The position numbers were made by a program, and so were the translations under genes. Shown one piece after another: positions 57,005-64,000 of a stretch of DNA of 64,000 nucleotides; within the stretch, counting starts at the first letter, position 1; each line of letters opens with the position of its first letter. The stretch comes from Escherichia phage UFV-AREG1, in sequence record KX009778. One strand, written 5' to 3'. The notes beneath the pieces were generated by a model. It searched no databases and was not told the origin of the DNA. It saw only the letters and a program-made list of their open reading frames with translations.

Positions 57005-59098
57005 TTATCCTTGAACGAACTTGTAAGGCATGTTTGTAATATCTATGCAAGACGCAATAATTCCAAGAGATGATTCTACTTTCTGTTTAATATTTGATGA
57101 AACAAATGATGCAAAGTCAACTCTGTCTTCTATTTCAATATCACCTGTCATTGCAACCAATTCACCAGTTTCCATTAAATGGTCTCCATCATAGATTACC
57201 GATTCGGTGAGCTCTTCCGTGGTCATAACTTCAGCTTGAATGAGTTTTGTATTATTAGATGTTGTTCCGTCATTATTAGAAGCATCGATTATTTTATTAA
57301 CTTTGACCATCAATCCACGCGGTAGAATAACTTCAGCTTCTGTTGCTATTCCGAGACTTCCTGGATATACAACATTAACTTTATGAGCTCCATCAATTGC
57401 CCATCCTATTTGAACTTTAACATATTCAGGATTTTCTTTATACGCTCTTATTTCGTTTGGATTAATAGTTATTCCTTCTTCATTTTTATCAACTGTTAAT
57501 TCATTGCGAGCTCCTGGTTCTAAAAGACCAATACCAGCATGTGTGATTCCAAAACGTCCAAAAATGATAGGAGTTAAAGAAGTAGATACAAAATTTCTGA
57601 AGTAGAACACTTTATTTTTAACTAACGCTTCATATATAGGAGCAGTCATACTTTGAGCACGATAAACTGTAATGCCTTCTGGTATACGGTCACCATTTTC
57701 AAAAGCTGAATCTAAGTTATTTATAGCAGATTCAATTTCTTTTTCACTCATTACATCATATCGTTCTGGATTGTAACGACCTAAAAGAAGATTATTGATG
57801 TCAGTATATCCTGAACCGCAATATTCTCTAATGCCACGCTTTTGTGATGGAGTATATTTAGAACCATCGCGGGCAATAGTAATATCAATCATTGGACCAG
57901 CACCAATTCCAGAAAAACTGTAAATCATTCGTTTGAGGAATTTAGTTTTTGCTGCGTTCCAGGAATTTTTAGTTATTTCTTCCCAGACTTCATCTGGTTG
58001 TCCTTTACGATTTTTATTATGATTAGCAAGCCATTTATCTTTATAATCTTCAAAGAATTGATTTACAGCTGCTGCGTATTTCTCTAAACATTTTATTGAA
58101 GTAGTTGGTTCATTTTTAATTGCATTAAAAATTACTTCTTTAATTTTTTCTGAAACTTCACCGACTTGACTCATTGGAAAGAATTTATAATCATAGTGAA
58201 GTTCATCTGCCGTTCCTTCAGCAATAATTTTTGCTGCCTTTGTTTTAGAAGCTAATGAATTAATTCCAATTTTCATTTCTTCTGCTTCGGGAATTAAAGG
58301 TGCAGTAGCTGGTTTATTAAAATTAGCTGCTGTAGATTCATACTTCTGGAATAATTCACTTTCAAATCTAGAAGATTCCAATGACTGACTTTGTGCAATT
58401 GCTCTACGGGAAATTTTAACTTTAACGATTACAGCTTGGTCAGAACGTTTATCATTTTCTTGCGCAATAGATGCTGCAATTGCTTCATTTTTAGTTACTT
58501 GAGCTCCAGTATCTTTATTGATATAAACATCACCGACCTTCGATTCAACTTTAGTAAAGAGTTCAGTGCTAATTTCTGGAACTCCTGGAATGTCTTCTAG
58601 TGATACATTTTTGCGATGTATAAGAATATATGCATACTTTTTATCATAATCCCAGAGTTCCTTAAGAAGGACGTATCTGCCACCTGAACGACTACGGATA
58701 AGTCTATCAGCAATAACTTGAATTTGTCGAGCTTGGCCAGCAGTTTTAGACTTAAGAATACGAAGCATACAAGCATCAATTTTATACTGACGCATTGTTT
58801 GCATTGCAACAGTAAAAACTGAATTGATATAATTAATTGGGCTTGGCCCAAGACCTTTCAATTTAGCAATTGAACCTTTAGCAGTTAATGTAAAAGGAAC
58901 AATATGCATCATTTTATCGCCCATCTTTAAATCACGATTAGTATCACCTCCAGATGTATAGGTACATAAACGAAAGCCTGGTTGTTCAATTGCGTCATCG
59001 ACATGAACTGAAAAAATTTGTGGTATCTTCTTCTTTGGATTTAAGTTTGTAATCGGAAGAGTAGTATCTTCGTCAAATAATTCTGTAATAAGTTCCAT
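57005..59098 (-). CDS. alt: Alt-like NAD:protein ADP-ribosyltransferase, 697 aa (paralog B)
   Basis: Same N-terminus MELITELFD and conserved first ~200 aa as paralog A; ART triad VYRAQ, FVSTSL, TEAEVILPRG; divergent central region. Confidence 0.8.
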   Translation of the reverse strand: MELITELFDEDTTLPITNLNPKKKIPQIFSVHVDDAIEQPGFRLCTYTSGGDTNRDLKMGDKMMHIVPFTLTAKGSIAKLKGLGPSPINYINSVFTVAMQTMRQYKIDACMLRILKSKTAGQARQIQVIADRLIRSRSGGRYVLLKELWDYDKKYAYILIHRKNVSLEDIPGVPEISTELFTKVESKVGDVYINKDTGAQVTKNEAIAASIAQENDKRSDQAVIVKVKISRRAIAQSQSLESSRFESELFQKYESTAANFNKPATAPLIPEAEEMKIGINSLASKTKAAKIIAEGTADELHYDYKFFPMSQVGEVSEKIKEVIFNAIKNEPTTSIKCLEKYAAAVNQFFEDYKDKWLANHNKNRKGQPDEVWEEITKNSWNAAKTKFLKRMIYSFSGIGAGPMIDITIARDGSKYTPSQKRGIREYCGSGYTDINNLLLGRYNPERYDVMSEKEIESAINNLDSAFENGDRIPEGITVYRAQSMTAPIYEALVKNKVFYFRNFVSTSLTPIIFGRFGITHAGIGLLEPGARNELTVDKNEEGITINPNEIRAYKENPEYVKVQIGWAIDGAHKVNVVYPGSLGIATEAEVILPRGLMVKVNKIIDASNNDGTTSNNTKLIQAEVMTTEELTESVIYDGDHLMETGELVAMTGDIEIEDRVDFASFVSSNIKQKVESSLGIIASCIDITNMPYKFVQG

Positions 59099-59136
59099 GT
59101 TATCCTCTCTAGTGTTTATTCTATTTATAAAATTAA

Positions 59137-59150
59137 AGGCCCGAAGGCCT
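59137..59150 (-). terminator. Tetraloop hairpin upstream of the Alt-like genes
   Basis: aggcc-cgaa-ggcct hairpin between the 61-aa ORF and the Alt-like gene start. Confidence 0.4.
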
Positions 59151-59154
59151 TTAA

Positions 59155-59340
59155 TTAATAGAGAGCTAAAAGAGTACGATATACTTCAAACTTTGGACCT
59201 TTTTCATATGGATCAAATCTTTCCGTGAATTCATCATATGCTAGTTTATCTGGGAATTCAAGAATAACCTGCGATACCGCAGTGGAAACATCTCCACCTT
59301 CTTTTTGAGCCACGACAATTGTTTCTAAGTAAGCTTTCAT
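59155..59340 (-). CDS. Hypothetical small protein, 61 aa
   Basis: ORF overlapping the ligase stop by 4 nt. Confidence 0.5.
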   Translation of the reverse strand: MKAYLETIVVAQKEGGDVSTAVSQVILEFPDKLAYDEFTERFDPYEKGPKFEVYRTLLALY

Positions 59341-60800
59341 AAACCAGTTACCTCATGAAAATCGCCAAATACATCTTCGAACGTATTAGCTTTAGTTTTA
59401 TCTTCACGTAAACGAATTGCAATTGGAAGAAATAGCTTAACGTAATCAGTACGTCCATCTAATTTTACCCAGCCGTTGCATTCGCACTCTAGAATTTTTC
59501 CAATATAATAATTTTGGTTTTCCATAATGCGAGTACGATCAAGTTCATGCGATTTTATACCGGCTTTATCTTTTAAGCCTGAACCAGCATTTACTTTAAT
59601 TTTTCCACACTCTGATTCAAGAATGAAACCACCTGCTTTAGTAGGGTCTTTACGGTGAGGATAAATTCCTACAATTTTTAAATCAACATCAATTACTTCT
59701 TTAAATTTATAAAGATTTTTTGAACGAGCATTTTCCCATAATCCATCGATATTTTTGAGAATAATACCTTCAAGACCTTGGTCAATATACTTTTTGTAAA
59801 TAACCTTAGCTTCATCTAGGTTATTTACTACTTGGTTTTCAATTAAAATTACTTTATCATAGCCTGATGTCATTTGTTCTAGTTTAGAAAAACGTACATC
59901 ATATTTTAAACGAAATGCTGGAAGACCATATATTTCTACTAATGGAACATAGTCCCAGACCTGAAACTTCATGCATTGTGCTTCTTTTTCAGAAATGGTT
60001 CCCTTTAAAGATTTATTAGCGATTCCATTAGAAGTAGTACGTGATTCAGCTACTTCGGCGAATTCTTTAGCTTTACTAATTTCAGGATAAGCATCAAAAA
60101 GAAAATCTAGGCCTTCTGGCTCCTTTTTAACTTGCTCATGGTATACCAATTCGCCATCAATTAACACACCTTCTGGATGAATCTGGCGAGCTTCTGCAGT
60201 CATTTTGATTAACTCTTCTTTGAGAAGGTCTAATCCTAGATATTCATTACCAGCTCGTGATAAAAGACGAACATCATCTAATTCATCACCTCTGACTTCG
60301 GCAAAGCACCGAGCTCCATCAGCTTTTAATTGGGCAAAGGCTGGAAATTTGATATTCTTATTAATGCCTTTTTCATCATAAGAACTTGCCAGCATTTGAG
60401 GTTGTTCAGGAATTAAACCTGGCCAAACTTTGTTTGCAATAGATACTGATGCACCGCATTCAAGGTCTCGCATCATCACCCGACGCAAAACTTCAACATC
60501 ATCTTTTTTACCGTCAGCAATATATCCAGTCAATTCCTCAATTGCCGCATTTCCAGTCAATTTCCGAGTAGCTAATGTGAATTCAATGAAGTCAAGCATA
60601 TCGGTAAGAGTCAACATTCCAAAACTCTGGGTAGCAATACCAGGTTTAGGCCATTTCTTGATATAATACTGTAACCCACGAGAATAAGTTAGACGATATA
60701 CTCGTTTAAGCAATTCATTATCTTTATTCTTTTCAAGAATTGCTTGCTTCTGCTTAGTTGAACCAATAGATGCTATTTCATTCAGAATTTTAAGAATCAT
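59337..60800 (-). CDS. 30: gp30 ATP-dependent DNA ligase
   Basis: 487 aa; adenylation motif KADGAR; length matches T4 DNA ligase. Confidence 0.95.
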   Translation of the reverse strand: MILKILNEIASIGSTKQKQAILEKNKDNELLKRVYRLTYSRGLQYYIKKWPKPGIATQSFGMLTLTDMLDFIEFTLATRKLTGNAAIEELTGYIADGKKDDVEVLRRVMMRDLECGASVSIANKVWPGLIPEQPQMLASSYDEKGINKNIKFPAFAQLKADGARCFAEVRGDELDDVRLLSRAGNEYLGLDLLKEELIKMTAEARQIHPEGVLIDGELVYHEQVKKEPEGLDFLFDAYPEISKAKEFAEVAESRTTSNGIANKSLKGTISEKEAQCMKFQVWDYVPLVEIYGLPAFRLKYDVRFSKLEQMTSGYDKVILIENQVVNNLDEAKVIYKKYIDQGLEGIILKNIDGLWENARSKNLYKFKEVIDVDLKIVGIYPHRKDPTKAGGFILESECGKIKVNAGSGLKDKAGIKSHELDRTRIMENQNYYIGKILECECNGWVKLDGRTDYVKLFLPIAIRLREDKTKANTFEDVFGDFHEVTGL

Positions 60801-61066
60801 TGTTCATCCTTTAGAGTTTGGTTTACAGCTCTATTATAAATCAATTCATCATTAAGCTCAGTCAAAGACCTGTGGTACGTGGTTCTAACTTTATTTCCTT
60901 GCATCCAGTGCTTGACGTAAATGAAACCTTGCTCTACACATTTTTTAAAAATTCGTTCGTCTTTTTGAGCTCGGAATTCTGGATTGCATCTAAAAAATTG
61001 ATTTACGTGACCGTAATCACGTGTAGTATTACCTTCATTTTCATAAATAGTGTGAACGACAAACAT
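60797..61066 (-). CDS. Hypothetical protein, 89 aa (30.1-like position)
   Basis: ORF overlapping ligase start by 4 nt. Confidence 0.6.
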   Translation of the reverse strand: MFVVHTIYENEGNTTRDYGHVNQFFRCNPEFRAQKDERIFKKCVEQGFIYVKHWMQGNKVRTTYHRSLTELNDELIYNRAVNQTLKDEQ

Positions 61067-61902
61067 TAGAATGCTCCTTGGAAAATATTATCACCACTAG
61101 TAGGTCTATTATACAAATACTCTATGCCACCGGGTTTAATATAGTTCCATGTCTGAAACGGATGTGTATAATATGGATGATATGGATTATAAGGATTAAA
61201 TCCAGGAGTTCTCCAGGTAGTATTCCAACGAAAAGAATCGTTTTTAATCATCTTTTCAATTACATCTTTTATAGCTTTTTCACTATCAAAACTTTCTTTA
61301 TTTTCCTTCGATGGAAAAAGCTTATTCTCTACATCATTCCATGTATAAACTCGCTGTGCAGTTTTTGGAATACTATCACGCTCCCCTCGAGCCATCCAAT
61401 AAACAGGAACATTTAATATTTCACTCGCGTGATCGCAGTGGTGAGCGAGATCGTCAATATAACAAATTACGTTATATTTCTCTTTTGCCTTTTTGAACAA
61501 CTCTTCTTTTGAAGAATCATGACCACACATCAATACTTCTGAAAAGGCACCAGGAAAAAGAGCATTCAAATTAAATTGACGATTCAGCAGAGCGTCAATA
61601 GAATCACCCAATGCTGTAACAGCTACAAAATTATAATCTTCTTTTAATTTGTTAATTACGCACAGAGCATCTTTATATGGAGACAAGTAACGAATAAAAT
61701 CTGAACGATTGTATTTTTCAATTAACTTGACGCCAAGTTCTTCATCACAATTAAAGAGTTTACCTGGAGAAATAAATTTCTCATCTTGGATCATTTTTAA
61801 AATATGTTCCAACGGAAGATTATATTTCTGAGCAAAATAAGGAAGACCTGATTGCCAGCTTAAACATACTCCATCAATATCAGTTAAAATAGTAGGCTTC
61901 AT
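61066..61902 (-). CDS. HAD-superfamily hydrolase-like protein, 278 aa (30.2-like position)
   Basis: N-terminal HAD motif I ILTDIDGV. Confidence 0.65.
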   Translation of the reverse strand: MKPTILTDIDGVCLSWQSGLPYFAQKYNLPLEHILKMIQDEKFISPGKLFNCDEELGVKLIEKYNRSDFIRYLSPYKDALCVINKLKEDYNFVAVTALGDSIDALLNRQFNLNALFPGAFSEVLMCGHDSSKEELFKKAKEKYNVICYIDDLAHHCDHASEILNVPVYWMARGERDSIPKTAQRVYTWNDVENKLFPSKENKESFDSEKAIKDVIEKMIKNDSFRWNTTWRTPGFNPYNPYHPYYTHPFQTWNYIKPGGIEYLYNRPTSGDNIFQGAF

Positions 61903-62363
61903 AAAGAGTCTCTTAATAAGTTTAACACATCAATAAATTCAGCTTCGGTTAGTATTGTATCATCTTTTGTTAGACCACTAGCCATGCTGTGCTTCAAAAT
62001 TTTTCCTTTAGAGGCTTGTAAGGCATCACGAAACCCCTTGTTTTGGATCGCGGCTTCAAAATATGCATTTGTGTATAATTCTTTCCACGCCGGGGAGTAT
62101 CTTGAAAACGGAACTCCAAGCCAAAAGAGGGTCCCACGGTCCTGAGCTCTAGCATAAGACCTTCCAGCTTGTTGGGCGGCAAGCCCGGATAACCCAAATA
62201 TACGACGTTGTTGTTCAACATTTTTCACCTTACACCCTTGGAGGAATCCTTCAAGACCTCCAAATTGAATACCATCCATAACGAAAGGCCATTGGGCGAA
62301 ATTACTTAATGCACATGATGGCCATCTAAAATTACTTCTAATCTCTAACTCAGACATTTTCAA
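61899..62363 (-). CDS. DUF1768 / YbiA-like protein, 154 aa (30.3-like position)
   Basis: SNFAQWPF...GIQFGGLEGFLQGCK resembles the YbiA/DUF1768 N-glycosidase-like signature. Confidence 0.6.
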   Translation of the reverse strand: MKMSELEIRSNFRWPSCALSNFAQWPFVMDGIQFGGLEGFLQGCKVKNVEQQRRIFGLSGLAAQQAGRSYARAQDRGTLFWLGVPFSRYSPAWKELYTNAYFEAAIQNKGFRDALQASKGKILKHSMASGLTKDDTILTEAEFIDVLNLLRDSL

Positions 62364-62556
62364 TGCTTATAATTTCAACATCAGCCCAATGACCATAGCA
62401 AGGAAGACGAAATTCAACTGGCCAGTTAGGGTCCTTTTCTAATATAATAGACTCAACTTGTGGTTCTTCATGTTCATCAGTATATGGATTTTTATATGTT
62501 ACTTTATATGTGACCTTAATGTACTGAATTCCAAAAATCTTATTAATTATATTCAT
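62350..62556 (-). CDS. Hypothetical small protein, 68 aa
   Basis: Tightly overlapping ORF in the 30.x early gene block. Confidence 0.5.
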   Translation of the reverse strand: MNIINKIFGIQYIKVTYKVTYKNPYTDEHEEPQVESIILEKDPNWPVEFRLPCYGHWADVEIISIENV

Positions 62557-62750
62557 ACTAATTCCTTTAATCCGTAGATAGGAGATAATTCATCACCCAT
62601 ACGAAGGTCTTCATTTCCATCTACCCAGGAAACAATATAAGCCTCTTTTATTTGAATACCACTCCATTTAAATGGAGGTAGAACCTTAGAAATTAATCCA
62701 GGTATACCAACTCCCTTTAATTCAACAGTTTGACCTAAAAAGAATTTCAT
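62553..62750 (-). CDS. Hypothetical small protein, 65 aa
   Basis: Tightly overlapping ORF in the 30.x early gene block. Confidence 0.5.
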   Translation of the reverse strand: MKFFLGQTVELKGVGIPGLISKVLPPFKWSGIQIKEAYIVSWVDGNEDLRMGDELSPIYGLKELV

Positions 62751-63037
62751 TAGAACCTCATCTGAAAACCATGCGATTTAACATTACCACCACCAATGTC
62801 AGAAATATTAATTTCACGCGCAATTGAAGGGTCAATGTCAATTTCGCGATTGAGTTTAGTGATAGCTAAAGTATCACGCCCATTTACTGTACGGAATTCT
62901 AAAGGACAAACCACATCAACGTAATTTTTAATCGATTCACTAGTAGGCTGCAAATGAGCAGGAAGGTCTTTAGGCGCCTTTGAGAAAACAACTTCACAGA
63001 AATTTTTGCGGGTATCAAAATAAGTAGTCATAAACAT
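62750..63037 (-). CDS. Hypothetical protein, 95 aa
   Basis: ORF in the 30.x early gene block. Confidence 0.55.
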   Translation of the reverse strand: MFMTTYFDTRKNFCEVVFSKAPKDLPAHLQPTSESIKNYVDVVCPLEFRTVNGRDTLAITKLNREIDIDPSIAREINISDIGGGNVKSHGFQMRF

Positions 63038-63054
63038 AATATTTTCCTCAGTAA

Positions 63055-63068
63055 GGGGCCGAAGCCCC
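63055..63068 (-). terminator. UUCG-tetraloop hairpin between 30.x genes
   Basis: ggggc-cgaa-gcccc; minus transcript GGGGCUUCGGCCCC followed by a U-rich tract. Confidence 0.45.
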
Positions 63069-63078
63069 TCATTTTATT

Positions 63079-63444
63079 TTAAATATCAAATTCGTTAAGA
63101 ACTACATCAAAGATTGCTTCAAGATGCTCAGGTTTAGCTCTGTTACTCAGAATATGACGAATCCAAGTTTTAACTAGAAGCTTGCGATTAGCACCATTCC
63201 AGCAAGGATGAGTCCCTAAATCGCGTTGACGGAAATCATCATCTAATGCGATTTTGAAGTTGGAACCTTCCATCGTGATGGAAACTGTAATACCATTTTC
63301 AAATCGCATATAAACGTAGTTAGGAGTCATATACTGTTCAATTTCGCATACTGATCCATTTTGATGTTTCCAAAGGCAGATGGTATCAATAGAACCTGCA
63401 ATACCATTAGAAACATATTTACGTTCAAAGTTGATGTAGTTCAT
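63079..63444 (-). CDS. Hypothetical protein, 121 aa
   Basis: ORF in the 30.x early gene block. Confidence 0.55.
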   Translation of the reverse strand: MNYINFERKYVSNGIAGSIDTICLWKHQNGSVCEIEQYMTPNYVYMRFENGITVSITMEGSNFKIALDDDFRQRDLGTHPCWNGANRKLLVKTWIRHILSNRAKPEHLEAIFDVVLNEFDI

Positions 63445-63512
63445 TTTTATTCTCCGAGATGTTTAATTGCGGTACAGGTATATAATATCATATCCTGTAC
63501 CAAAGTAAACAA

Positions 63513-63845
63513 TTATTTTACTACTTTCCAATGCTTCATGTCAAGTTTACCAACTTTTTTCATCTTCTCAATTAAGCGTTCGGCACGTTGGCGAGCTGTA
63601 ACATAATGCCATTCGCCTAATTCATTTTGTTCAATTTTTCCAACGATTACTGTATTCAATTCATAAATCCAACCAGTAAAGAAATTATGAACTTGAATTG
63701 TAAAGGTGAAATCTGTTCCCATACCTTCTGTTGTTTCTACTTCAATAATATCACCTTCAACTGCCATTAAGAACCACATAGTTTCATCATATTTACCATT
63801 GAAGCATTTAGTTTTAACTGTAGCGTTCAGATTAATCGTTTTCAT
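63513..63845 (-). CDS. Hypothetical protein, 110 aa, behind a PeSL-like cassette
   Basis: ORF with the same upstream promoter/RBS cassette as the ip-locus genes; no CTS. Confidence 0.55.
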   Translation of the reverse strand: MKTINLNATVKTKCFNGKYDETMWFLMAVEGDIIEVETTEGMGTDFTFTIQVHNFFTGWIYELNTVIVGKIEQNELGEWHYVTARQRAERLIEKMKKVGKLDMKHWKVVK

Positions 63846-63863
63846 TTTATTCTCCTTTGTTTG

Positions 63864-63902
63864 TGTAAGATAATACTATCACAAAGGAACTATACTGTAA
63901 AC
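63864..63902 (-). promoter_or_regulatory. Early-promoter/stem-loop cassette (PeSL-like): GTTTACA-N17-TAGTAT
   Basis: Minus-strand GTTTACA -35, TAGTAT -10 within the loop of cctttgt / acaaagg hairpin, then AGGAGAATAAAATG. Confidence 0.55.
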
Positions 63903-63932
63903 AACTTTATGCAATCTTTGGAAAATAAAAAA

Positions 63933-63950
63933 GGACTCCCGAAGGAGTCC
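63933..63950 (-). terminator. Intrinsic terminator hairpin (minus strand)
   Basis: ggactcc-cgaa-ggagtcc; on the minus transcript followed by UUUUUUAUUUU; directly after the stop of a gene entering from the right edge. Confidence 0.55.
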
Positions 63951-63955
63951 TCAAC

Positions 63956-64000
63956 TTATGCTTTCTGCTTACCAAAACGAGAAGCATCATCTCGAAGAAC
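63956..64000 (-). CDS. Partial CDS (C-terminal 14 codons of a gene entering from beyond the window end)
   Basis: Minus-strand frame open from window edge to TAA at 63956..63958, followed by the terminator hairpin. Confidence 0.25.
   Translation of the reverse strand, partial: VLRDDASRFGKQKA

Overview
This window is a T4-like (Tevenvirinae, Tequatrovirus-type) myovirus segment, densely coding and collinear with the T4 map from the tRNA / internal-protein (ip) region through gene 30 (DNA ligase) and the 30.x early genes. From left to right it contains: small early genes of unknown function; a CTS-bearing internal-protein-like gene; a ~360-bp non-coding stretch with a tRNA-like T-arm; a T5orf172/GIY-YIG-like gene; ten minus-strand tRNAs; a hyperplastic ip locus in which each small gene sits behind its own early-promoter/stem-loop cassette; 57B-57A-1-3-2-4; then the plus-strand late block 53, 5, 5.1, 5.4, 6-12, wac, 13-20, 67, 68, 21-24; then rnlB, hoc, inh, uvsW, an HNH homing endonuclease, uvsW.1, uvsY, 25, 26, 51, 27, 28, 29, 48, 54; then two tandem Alt-like ADP-ribosyltransferases, DNA ligase and the 30.x genes. 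Structural and replication gene calls rest on ORF length, order and recognisable motifs compared with T4 from memory; no database search was run. The most interesting material is in the accessory regions: the ip locus and its repeated promoter cassettes, the tandem Alt paralogs, the HNH insertion at uvsW, the T5orf172-like gene and adjacent non-coding RNA-like region, and an enlarged tRNA array (Asn and Tyr in addition to the eight T4 specificities). Several conclusions about what is absent relative to T4 (seg genes) or extra depend on recall and need alignment to confirm.
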